A stretch of DNA of 64,000 nt from contig NEEC01000032.1 of NCBI GenBank assembly GCA_002189035.1, forward strand, positions 27,364-91,363. The letters are read 5' to 3'. Positions 39,166-52,600 of this stretch are shown piece by piece (within the stretch, counting starts at the first letter, position 1; each line of letters opens with the position of its first letter). The stretch comes from Utricularia gibba (taxonomy: Eukaryota > Plantae > Magnoliophyta). The translations under genes and the position numbers were made by a program. The notes beneath the pieces are model-generated. The model ran no database searches. It was not told the origin of the DNA and saw only the letters and a list, made by a program, of their open reading frames with translations.

Positions 39166-42100
39166 GTGCATCCTAAAAATCACACGTGCACGGGATTCAT
39201 TAAAAATAAATATTTACGCATATCCAGAGTGTATAACAGTGTTGGGATAAGTGATGCCACGAAATTCATGATGTAGCATGTGACTTTTTTCCAACTTGAT
39301 CGCATAGTAGATGAATTCTGACACCATATGTTTTGGCTTTTGATTGATGCATTTAGTTGCTATGATACTTCTGATTCTTGATGCACCATTCCCGTATACC
39401 ATGTCTCTAGTGGCTATTTGATTCTTTTGCCTTGTATGTTGTTCGCATCAATTTCGAGAACATGAAGCACATTATTAAATGCAGTCACCACGGAATGCCA
39501 CGTGAGACACTTTTCGTTGTGGCTTGTTTTTAATATGTCCACAGTTATCGGACAAACGTAACTCCAAATTATAATACTTGGAGCTCGAAAAGGGCTTCCC
39601 AACAGTGTGCTATGAAGAGCAAGGATCTGCATGTTATGCAAGAGGTGCTTCGCGGACCAGGATGTGCGACGTAGTCATTTCATTGCGCATCATCATTCGG
39701 GGTGCATCCTAAAAATCACACGTGCACGGGATTCATTAAAAATAAATATTTACGCATATCCAGAGTGTATAACAGTGTTGGGATAAGTGATGCCACGAAA
39801 TTCATGATGTAGCATGTGACTTTTTTCCAACTTGATCGCATAGTAGATGAATTCTGACACCATATGTTTTGGCTTTTGATTGATGCATTTAGTTGCTATG
39901 ATACTTCTGATTCTTGATGCACCATTCCCGTATACCATGTCTCTAGTGGCTATTTGATTCTTTTGCCTTGTATGTTGTTCGCATCAATTTCGAGAACATG
40001 AAGCACATTATTAAATGCAGTCACCACGGAATGCCACGTGAGACACTTTTCGTTGTGGCTTGTTTTTAATATGTCCACAGTTATCGGACAAACGTAACTC
40101 CAAATTATAATACTTGGAGCTCGAAAAGGGCTTCCCAACAGTGTGCTATGAAGAGCAAGGATCTGCATGTTATGCAAGAGGTGCTTCGCGGACCAGGATG
40201 TGCGACGTAGTCATTTCATTGCGCATCATCATTCGGGGTGCATCCTAAAAATCACACGTGCACGGGATTCATTAAAAATAAATATTTACGCATATCCAGA
40301 GTGTATAACAGTGTTGGGATAAGTGATGCCACGAAATTCATGATGTAGCATGTGACTTTTTTCCAACTTGATCGCATAGTAGATGAATTCTGACACCATA
40401 TGTTTTGGCTTTTGATTGATGCATTTAGTTGCTATGATACTTCTGATTCTTGATGCACCATTCCCGTATACCATGTCTCTAGTGGCTATTTGATTCTTTT
40501 GCCTTGTATGTTGTTCGCATCAATTTCGAGAACATGAAGCACATTATTAAATGCAGTCACCACGGAATGCCACGTGAGACACTTTTCGTTGTGGCTTGTT
40601 TTTAATATGTCCACAGTTATCGGACAAACGTAACTCCAAATTATAATACTTGGAGCTCGAAAAGGGCTTCCCAACAGTGTGCTATGAAGAGCAAGGATCT
40701 GCATGTTATGCAAGAGGTGCTTCGCGGACCAGGATGTGCGACGTAGTCATTTCATTGCGCATCATCATTCGGGGTGCATCCTAAAAATCACACGTGCACG
40801 GGATTCATTAAAAATAAATATTTACGCATATCCAGAGTGTATAACAGTGTTGGGATAAGTGATGCCACGAAATTCATGATGTAGCATGTGACTTTTTTCC
40901 AACTTGATCGCATAGTAGATGAATTCTGACACCATATGTTTTGGCTTTTGATTGATGCATTTAGTTGCTATGATACTTCTGATTCTTGATGCACCATTCC
41001 CGTATACCATGTCTCTAGTGGCTATTTGATTCTTTTGCCTTGTATGTTGTTCGCATCAATTTCGAGAACATGAAGCACATTATTAAATGCAGTCACCACG
41101 GAATGCCACGTGAGACACTTTTCGTTGTGGCTTGTTTTTAATATGTCCACAGTTATCGGACAAACGTAACTCCAAATTATAATACTTGGAGCTCGAAAAG
41201 GGCTTCCCAACAGTGTGCTATGAAGAGCAAGGATCTGCATGTTATGCAAGAGGTGCTTCGCGGACCAGGATGTGCGACGTAGTCATTTCATTGCGCATCA
41301 TCATTCGGGGTGCATCCTAAAAATCACACGTGCACGGGATTCATTAAAAATAAATATTTACGCATATCCAGAGTGTATAACAGTGTTGGGATAAGTGATG
41401 CCACGAAATTCATGATGTAGCATGTGACTTTTTTCCAACTTGATCGCATAGTAGATGAATTCTGACACCATATGTTTTGGCTTTTGATTGATGCATTTAG
41501 TTGCTATGATACTTCTGATTCTTGATGCACCATTCCCGTATACCATGTCTCTAGTGGCTATTTGATTCTTTTGCCTTGTATGTTGTTCGCATCAATTTCG
41601 AGAACATGAAGCACATTATTAAATGCAGTCACCACGGAATGCCACGTGAGACACTTTTCGTTGTGGCTTGTTTTTAATATGTCCACAGTTATCGGACAAA
41701 CGTAACTCCAAATTATAATACTTGGAGCTCGAAAAGGGCTTCCCAACAGTGTGCTATGAAGAGCAAGGATCTGCATGTTATGCAAGAGGTGCTTCGCGGA
41801 CCAGGATGTGCGACGTAGTCATTTCATTGCGCATCATCATTCGGGGTGCATCCTAAAAATCACACGTGCACGGGATTCATTAAAAATAAATATTTACGCA
41901 TATCCAGAGTGTATAACAGTGTTGGGATAAGTGATGCCACGAAATTCATGATGTAGCATGTGACTTTTTTCCAACTTGATCGCATAGTAGATGAATTCTG
42001 ACACCATATGTTTTGGCTTTTGATTGATGCATTTAGTTGCTATGATACTTCTGATTCTTGATGCACCATTCCCGTATACCATGTCTCTAGTGGCTATTTG

Positions 42101-45100
42101 ATTCTTTTGCCTTGTATGTTGTTCGCATCAATTTCGAGAACATGAAGCACATTATTAAATGCAGTCACCACGGAATGCCACGTGAGACACTTTTCGTTGT
42201 GGCTTGTTTTTAATATGTCCACAGTTATCGGACAAACGTAACTCCAAATTATAATACTTGGAGCTCGAAAAGGGCTTCCCAACAGTGTGCTATGAAGAGC
42301 AAGGATCTGCATGTTATGCAAGAGGTGCTTCGCGGACCAGGATGTGCGACGTAGTCATTTCATTGCGCATCATCATTCGGGGTGCATCCTAAAAATCACA
42401 CGTGCACGGGATTCATTAAAAATAAATATTTACGCATATCCAGAGTGTATAACAGTGTTGGGATAAGTGATGCCACGAAATTCATGATGTAGCATGTGAC
42501 TTTTTTCCAACTTGATCGCATAGTAGATGAATTCTGACACCATATGTTTTGGCTTTTGATTGATGCATTTAGTTGCTATGATACTTCTGATTCTTGATGC
42601 ACCATTCCCGTATACCATGTCTCTAGTGGCTATTTGATTCTTTTGCCTTGTATGTTGTTCGCATCAATTTCGAGAACATGAAGCACATTATTAAATGCAG
42701 TCACCACGGAATGCCACGTGAGACACTTTTCGTTGTGGCTTGTTTTTAATATGTCCACAGTTATCGGACAAACGTAACTCCAAATTATAATACTTGGAGC
42801 TCGAAAAGGGCTTCCCAACAGTGTGCTATGAAGAGCAAGGATCTGCATGTTATGCAAGAGGTGCTTCGCGGACCAGGATGTGCGACGTAGTCATTTCATT
42901 GCGCATCATCATTCGGGGTGCATCCTAAAAATCACACGTGCACGGGATTCATTAAAAATAAATATTTACGCATATCCAGAGTGTATAACAGTGTTGGGAT
43001 AAGTGATGCCACGAAATTCATGATGTAGCATGTGACTTTTTTCCAACTTGATCGCATAGTAGATGAATTCTGACACCATATGTTTTGGCTTTTGATTGAT
43101 GCATTTAGTTGCTATGATACTTCTGATTCTTGATGCACCATTCCCGTATACCATGTCTCTAGTGGCTATTTGATTCTTTTGCCTTGTATGTTGTTCGCAT
43201 CAATTTCGAGAACATGAAGCACATTATTAAATGCAGTCACCACGGAATGCCACGTGAGACACTTTTCGTTGTGGCTTGTTTTTAATATGTCCACAGTTAT
43301 CGGACAAACGTAACTCCAAATTATAATACTTGGAGCTCGAAAAGGGCTTCCCAACAGTGTGCTATGAAGAGCAAGGATCTGCATGTTATGCAAGAGGTGC
43401 TTCGCGGACCAGGATGTGCGACGTAGTCATTTCATTGCGCATCATCATTCGGGGTGCATCCTAAAAATCACACGTGCACGGGATTCATTAAAAATAAATA
43501 TTTACGCATATCCAGAGTGTATAACAGTGTTGGGATAAGTGATGCCACGAAATTCATGATGTAGCATGTGACTTTTTTCCAACTTGATCGCATAGTAGAT
43601 GAATTCTGACACCATATGTTTTGGCTTTTGATTGATGCATTTAGTTGCTATGATACTTCTGATTCTTGATGCACCATTCCCGTATACCATGTCTCTAGTG
43701 GCTATTTGATTCTTTTGCCTTGTATGTTGTTCGCATCAATTTCGAGAACATGAAGCACATTATTAAATGCAGTCACCACGGAATGCCACGTGAGACACTT
43801 TTCGTTGTGGCTTGTTTTTAATATGTCCACAGTTATCGGACAAACGTAACTCCAAATTATAATACTTGGAGCTCGAAAAGGGCTTCCCAACAGTGTGCTA
43901 TGAAGAGCAAGGATCTGCATGTTATGCAAGAGGTGCTTCGCGGACCAGGATGTGCGACGTAGTCATTTCATTGCGCATCATCATTCGGGGTGCATCCTAA
44001 AAATCACACGTGCACGGGATTCATTAAAAATAAATATTTACGCATATCCAGAGTGTATAACAGTGTTGGGATAAGTGATGCCACGAAATTCATGATGTAG
44101 CATGTGACTTTTTTCCAACTTGATCGCATAGTAGATGAATTCTGACACCATATGTTTTGGCTTTTGATTGATGCATTTAGTTGCTATGATACTTCTGATT
44201 CTTGATGCACCATTCCCGTATACCATGTCTCTAGTGGCTATTTGATTCTTTTGCCTTGTATGTTGTTCGCATCAATTTCGAGAACATGAAGCACATTATT
44301 AAATGCAGTCACCACGGAATGCCACGTGAGACACTTTTCGTTGTGGCTTGTTTTTAATATGTCCACAGTTATCGGACAAACGTAACTCCAAATTATAATA
44401 CTTGGAGCTCGAAAAGGGCTTCCCAACAGTGTGCTATGAAGAGCAAGGATCTGCATGTTATGCAAGAGGTGCTTCGCGGACCAGGATGTGCGACGTAGTC
44501 ATTTCATTGCGCATCATCATTCGGGGTGCATCCTAAAAATCACACGTGCACGGGATTCATTAAAAATAAATATTTACGCATATCCAGAGTGTATAACAGT
44601 GTTGGGATAAGTGATGCCACGAAATTCATGATGTAGCATGTGACTTTTTTCCAACTTGATCGCATAGTAGATGAATTCTGACACCATATGTTTTGGCTTT
44701 TGATTGATGCATTTAGTTGCTATGATACTTCTGATTCTTGATGCACCATTCCCGTATACCATGTCTCTAGTGGCTATTTGATTCTTTTGCCTTGTATGTT
44801 GTTCGCATCAATTTCGAGAACATGAAGCACATTATTAAATGCAGTCACCACGGAATGCCACGTGAGACACTTTTCGTTGTGGCTTGTTTTTAATATGTCC
44901 ACAGTTATCGGACAAACGTAACTCCAAATTATAATACTTGGAGCTCGAAAAGGGCTTCCCAACAGTGTGCTATGAAGAGCAAGGATCTGCATGTTATGCA
45001 AGAGGTGCTTCGCGGACCAGGATGTGCGACGTAGTCATTTCATTGCGCATCATCATTCGGGGTGCATCCTAAAAATCACACGTGCACGGGATTCATTAAA

Positions 45101-46669
45101 AATAAATATTTACGCATATCCAGAGTGTATAACAGTGTTGGGATAAGTGATGCCACGAAATTCATGATGTAGCATGTGACTTTTTTCCAACTTGATCGCA
45201 TAGTAGATGAATTCTGACACCATATGTTTTGGCTTTTGATTGATGCATTTAGTTGCTATGATACTTCTGATTCTTGATGCACCATTCCCGTATACCATGT
45301 CTCTAGTGGCTATTTGATTCTTTTGCCTTGTATGTTGTTCGCATCAATTTCGAGAACATGAAGCACATTATTAAATGCAGTCACCACGGAATGCCACGTG
45401 AGACACTTTTCGTTGTGGCTTGTTTTTAATATGTCCACAGTTATCGGACAAACGTAACTCCAAATTATAATACTTGGAGCTCGAAAAGGGCTTCCCAACA
45501 GTGTGCTATGAAGAGCAAGGATCTGCATGTTATGCAAGAGGTGCTTCGCGGACCAGGATGTGCGACGTAGTCATTTCATTGCGCATCATCATTCGGGGTG
45601 CATCCTAAAAATCACACGTGCACGGGATTCATTAAAAATAAATATTTACGCATATCCAGAGTGTATAACAGTGTTGGGATAAGTGATGCCACGAAATTCA
45701 TGATGTAGCATGTGACTTTTTTCCAACTTGATCGCATAGTAGATGAATTCTGACACCATATGTTTTGGCTTTTGATTGATGCATTTAGTTGCTATGATAC
45801 TTCTGATTCTTGATGCACCATTCCCGTATACCATGTCTCTAGTGGCTATTTGATTCTTTTGCCTTGTATGTTGTTCGCATCAATTTCGAGAACATGAAGC
45901 ACATTATTAAATGCAGTCACCACGGAATGCCACGTGAGACACTTTTCGTTGTGGCTTGTTTTTAATATGTCCACAGTTATCGGACAAACGTAACTCCAAA
46001 TTATAATACTTGGAGCTCGAAAAGGGCTTCCCAACAGTGTGCTATGAAGAGCAAGGATCTGCATGTTATGCAAGAGGTGCTTCGCGGACCAGGATGTGCG
46101 ACGTAGTCATTTCATTGCGCATCATCATTCGGGGTGCATCCTAAAAATCACACGTGCACGGGATTCATTAAAAATAAATATTTACGCATATCCAGAGTGT
46201 ATAACAGTGTTGGGATAAGTGATGCCACGAAATTCATGATGTAGCATGTGACTTTTTTCCAACTTGATCGCATAGTAGATGAATTCTGACACCATATGTT
46301 TTGGCTTTTGATTGATGCATTTAGTTGCTATGATACTTCTGATTCTTGATGCACCATTCCCGTATACCATGTCTCTAGTGGCTATTTGATTCTTTTGCCT
46401 TGTATGTTGTTCGCATCAATTTCGAGAACATGAAGCACATTATTAAATGCAGTCACCACGGAATGCCACGTGAGACACTTTTCGTTGTGGCTTGTTTTTA
46501 ATATGTCCACAGTTATCGGACAAACGTAACTCCAAATTATAATACTTGGAGCTCGAAAAGGGCTTCCCAACAGTGTGCTATGAAGAGCAAGGATCTGCAT
46601 GTTATGCAAGAGGTGCTTCGCGGACCAGGATGTGCGACGTAGTCATTTCATTGCGCATCATCATTCGGG
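39166..46669. repeat. Homogeneous core of 14 apparently identical 536-bp monomers
   Basis: 39166 + 14 x 536 = 46670, which is the next monomer start. ORF translations are identical and exactly 536 bp apart, and I saw no differences by eye. Confidence 0.85.
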
Positions 46670-49600
46670 GTGCATCCTAAAAATCACACGTGCACGGGAT
46701 TCATTAAAAATAAATATTTACGCATATCCAGAGTTATAACAGTGTTGGGATAAGTGATGCCACGAAATTCATGATGTAGCATGTGACTTTTTTCCAACTT
46801 GATCGCATAGTAGATGAATTCTGACACCATATGTTTTGGCTTTTGATTGATGCATTTAGTTGCTATGATACTTCTGATTCTTGATGCACCATTCCCGTAT
46901 ACCATGTCTCTAGTGGCTATTTGATTCTTTTGCCTTGTATGTTGTTCGCATCAATTTCGAGAACATGAAGCACATTATTAAATGCAGTCACCACGGAATG
47001 CCACGTGAGACACTTTTCGTTGTGGCTTGTTTTTAATATGTCCACAGTTATCGGACAAACGTAACTCCAAATTATAATACTTGGAGCTCGAAAAGGGCTT
47101 CCCAACAGTGTGCTATGAAGAGCAAGGATCTGCATGTTATGCAAGAGGTGCTTCGCGGACCAGGATGTGCGACGTAGTCATTTCATTGCGCATCATCATT
47201 CGGGGTGCATCCTAAAAATCACACGTGCACGGGATTCATTAAAAATAAATATTTACGCATATCCAGAGTGTATAACAGTGTTGGGATAAGTGATGCCACG
47301 AAATTCATGATGTAGCATGTGACTTTTTTCCAACTTGATCGCATAGTAGATGAATTCTGACACCATATGTTTTGGCTTTTGATTGATGCATTTAGTTGCT
47401 ATGATACTTCTGATTCTTGATGCACCATTCCCGTATACCATGTCTCTAGTGGCTATTTGATTCTTTTGCCTTGTATGTTGTTCGCATCAATTTCGAGAAC
47501 ATGAAGCACATTATTAAATGCAGTCACCACGGAATGCCACGTGAGACACTTTTCGTTGTGGCTTGTTTTTAATATGTCCACAGTTATCGGACAAACGTAA
47601 CTCCAAATTATAATACTTGGAGCTCGAAAAGGGCTTCCCAACAGTGTGCTATGAAGAGCAAGGATCTGCATGTTATGCAAGAGGTGCTTCGCGGACCAGG
47701 ATGTGCGACGTAGTCATTTCATTGCGCATCATCATTCGGGGTGCATCCTAAAAATCACACGTGCACGGATTCATTAAAAATAAATATTTACGCATATCCA
47801 GAGTGTATAACAGTGTTGGGATAAGTGATGCCACGAAATTCATGATGTAGCATGTGACTTTTTTCCAACTTGATCGCATAGTAGATGAATTCTGACACCA
47901 TATGTTTTGGCTTTGATTGATGCATTTAGTTGCTATGATACTTCTGATTCTTGATGCACCATTCCCGTATACCATGTCTCTAGTGGCTATTTGATTCTTT
48001 TGCCTTGTATGTTGTTCGCATCAATTTCGAGAACATGAAGCACATTATTAAATGCAGTCACCACGGAATGCCACGTGAGACACTTTTCGTTGTGGCTTGT
48101 TTTTAATATGTCCACAGTTATCGGACAAACGTAACTCCAAATTATAATACTTGGAGCTCGAAAAGGGCTTCCCAACAGTGTGCTATGAAGAGCAAGGATC
48201 TGCATGTTATGCAAGAGGTGCTTCGCGGACCAGGATGTGCGACGTAGTCATTTCATTGCGCATCATCATTCGGGGTGCATCCTAAAAATCACACGTGCAC
48301 GGATTCATTAAAAATAAATATTTACGCATATCCAGAGTGTATAACAGTGTTGGGATAAGTGATGCCACGAAATTCATGATGTAGCATGTGACTTTTTTCC
48401 AACTTGATCGCATAGTAGATGAATTCTGACACCATATGTTTTGGCTTTTGATTGATGCATTTAGTTGCTATGATACTTCTGATTCTTGATGCACCATTCC
48501 CGTATACCATGTCTCTAGTGGCTATTTGATTCTTTTGCCTTGTATGTTGTTCGCATCAATTTCGAGAACATGAAGCACATTATTAAATGCAGTCACCACG
48601 GAATGCCACGTGAGACACTTTTCGTTGTGGCTTTTTTAATATGTCCACAGTTATCGGACAAACGTAACTCCAAATTATAATACTTGGAGCTCGAAAAGGG
48701 CTTCCCAACAGTGTGCTATGAAGAGCAAGGATCTGCATGTTATGCAAGAGGTGCTTCGCGGACCAGGATGTGCGACGTAGTCATTTCATTGCGCATCATC
48801 ATTCGGGGTGCATCCTAAAAATCACACGTGCACGGGATTCATTAAAAATAAATATTTACGCATATCCAGAGTGTATAACAGTGTTGGGATAAGTGATGCC
48901 ACGAAATTCATGATGTAGCATGTGACTTTTTTCCAACTTGATCGCATAGTAGATGAATTCTGACACCATATGTTTTGGCTTTTGATTGATGCATTTAGTT
49001 GCTATGATACTTCTGATTCTTGATGCACCATTCCCGTATACCATGTCTCTAGTGGCTATTTGATTCTTTTGCCTTGTATGTTGTTCGCATCAATTTCGAG
49101 AACATGAAGCACATTATTAAATGCAGTCACCACGGAATGCCACGTGAGACACTTTTCGTTGTGGCTTGTTTTTAATATGTCCACAGTTATCGGACAAACG
49201 TAACTCCAAATTATAATACTTGGAGCTCGAAAAGGGCTTCCCAACAGTGTGCTATGAAGAGCAAGGATCTGCATGTTATGCAAGAGGTGCTTCGCGGACC
49301 AGGATGTGCGACGTAGTCATTTCATTGCGCATCATCATTCGGGGTGCATCCTAAAAATCACACGTGCACGGATTCATTAAAAATAAATATTTACGCATAT
49401 CCAGATGTATAACAGTGTTGGGATAAGTGATGCCACGAAATTCATGATGTAGCATGTGACTTTTTTCCAACTTGATCGCATAGTAGATGAATTCTGACAC
49501 CATATGTTTTGGCTTTTGATTGATGCATTTAGTTGCTATGATACTTCTGATTCTTGATGCACCATTCCCGTATACCATGTCTCTAGTGGCTATTTGATTC

Positions 49601-52600
49601 TTTTGCCTTGTATGTTGTTCGCATCAATTTCGAGAACATGAAGCACATTATTAAATGCAGTCACCACGGAATGCCACGTGAGACACTTTTCGTTGTGGCT
49701 TGTTTTTAATATGTCCACAGTTATCGGACAAACGTAACTCCAAATTATAATACTTGGAGCTCGAAAAGGGCTTCCCAACAGTGTGCTATGAAGAGCAAGG
49801 ATCTGCATGTTATGCAAGAGGTGCTTCGCGGACCAGGATGTGCGACGTAGTCATTTCATTGCGCATCATCATTCGGGGTGCATCCTAAAAATCACACGTG
49901 CACGGATTCATTAAAAATAAATATTTACGCATATCCAGAGTGTATAACAGTGTTGGGATAAGTGATGCCACGAAATTCATGATGTAGCATGTGACTTTTT
50001 TCCAACTTGATCGCATAGTAGATGAATTCTGACACCATATGTTTTGGCTTTTGATTGATGCATTTAGTTGCTATGATACTTCTGATTCTTGATGCACCAT
50101 TCCCGTATACCATGTCTCTAGTGGCTATTTGATTCTTTTGCCTTGTATGTTGTTCGCATCAATTTCGAGAACATGAAGCACATTATTAAATGCAGTCACC
50201 ACGGAATGCCACGTGAGACACTTTTCGTTGTGGCTTGTTTTTAATATGTCCACAGTTATCGGACAAACGTAACTCCAAATTATAATACTTGGAGCTCGAA
50301 AAGGGCTTCCCAACAGTGTGCTATGAAGAGCAAGGATCTGCATGTTATGCAAGAGGTGCTTCGCGGACCAGGATGTGCGACGTAGTCATTTCATTGCGCA
50401 TCATCATTCGGGGTGCATCCTAAAAATCACACGTGCACGGATTCATTAAAAATAAATATTTACGCATATCCAGAGTGTATAACAGTGTTGGGATAAGTGA
50501 TGCCACGAAATTCATGATGTAGCATGTGACTTTTTTCCAACTTGATCGCATAGTAGATGAATTCTGACACCATATGTTTTGGCTTTTGATTGATGCATTT
50601 AGTTGCTATGATACTTCTGATTCTTGATGCACCATTCCCGTATACCATGTCTCTAGTGGCTATTTGATTCTTTTGCCTTGTATGTTGTTCGCATCAATTT
50701 CGAGAACATGAAGCACATTATTAAATGCAGTCACCACGGAATGCCACGTGAGACACTTTTCGTTGTGGCTTGTTTTTAATATGTCCACAGTTATCGGACA
50801 AACGTAACTCCAAATTATAATACTTGGAGCTCGAAAAGGGCTTCCCAACAGTGTGCTATGAAGAGCAAGGATCTGCATGTTATGCAAGAGGTGCTTCGCG
50901 GACCAGGATGTGCGACGTAGTCATTTCATTGCGCATCATCATTCGGGGTGCATCCTAAAAATCACACGTGCACGGGATTCATTAAAAATAAATATTTACG
51001 CATATCCAGAGTGTATAACAGTGTTGGGATAAGTGATGCCACGAAATTCATGATGTAGCATGTGACTTTTTTCCAACTTGATCGCATAGTAGATGAATCT
51101 GACACCATATGTTTTGGCTTTGATTGATGCATTTAGTTGCTATGATACTTCTGATTCTTGATGCACCATTCCCGTATACCATGTCTCTAGTGGCTATTTG
51201 ATTCTTTTGATGTTGTTCGCATCAATTTCGAGAACATGAAGCACATTATTAAATGCAGTCACCACGGAATGCCACGTGAGACACTTTTCGTTGTGGCACT
51301 TATCGTGGAACTTGATTATAACAGGATGTACCATGTCATGGAGTTGATTCTGCTTCCATGTTGATTCTTCTGATTCGATGAGAATGCATTCCCGTATACC
51401 ATGTCTCTAGTGGCTATTTGATTATATTGCATTGGTTGCCACGTGAGACACTTTTCGTTGTGGCTTGTTTTTAATATGTCCACAGTTATCGGACAAACGT
51501 AACTCCAAATTATAATACTTGGAGCTCGAAAGGGCTTCCCAACAGTGTGCTATGAAGAGCAAGGATCTGCATGTTATGCAAGAGGTGCTTCGCGGACCAG
51601 GATGTGCGACGTAGTCATTTCATTGCGCATCATCATTCGGGGTGCATCCTAAAAATCACACGTGCACGGATTCATTAAAAAAAATATTTACGCATATCCA
51701 GATTATATAACAGTGTTGGGATAAGTGATGCACGAAATTCATGATGTAGCATGTGACTTTTTTCCAACTTGATCGCATAGTAGATGAATCTGACACCATA
51801 TGTTTTGGCTTTTGATTGATGCATTTAGTTGCTATGATACTTCTGATTCTTGATGCACCATTCCCGTATACCATGTCTCTAGTGGCTATTTGATTCTTTT
51901 GCCTTGTATGTTGTTCGCATCAATTTCGAGAACATGAAGCACATTATTAAATGCAGTCACCACGGAATGCCACGTGAGACACTTTTCGTTGTGGCTTTTT
52001 TAATATGTCCACAGTTATCGGACAAACGTAACTCCAAATTATAATACTTGGAGCTCGAAAGGGCTTCCCAACAGTGTGCTATGAAGAGCAAGGATCTGCA
52101 TGTTATGCAAGAGGTGCTTCGCGGACCAGGATGTGCGACGTAGTCATTTCATTGCGCATCATCATTCGGGGTGCATCCTAAAAATCACACGTGCACGGGA
52201 TTCATTAAAAATAAATATTTACGCATATCCAGAATATAACAGTGTTGGGATAAGTGATGCCACGAAATTCATGATGTAGCATGTGACTTTTTTCCAACTT
52301 GATCGCATAGTAGATGAATCTGACACCATATGTTTTGGCTTTGATTGATGCATTTAGTTGCTATGATACTTCTGATTCTTGATGCACCATTCCCGTATAC
52401 CATGTCTCTAGTGGCTATTTGATTCTTTTGCTTGTATGTTGTTCGCATCAATTTCGAGAACATGAAGCACATTATTAAATGCAGTCACCACGGAATGCCA
52501 CGTGAGACACTTTTCGTTGTGGCTTGTTTTTAATATGTCCACAGTTATCGGACAAACGTAACTCCAAATTATAATACTTGGAGCTCGAAAGGGCTTCCAA

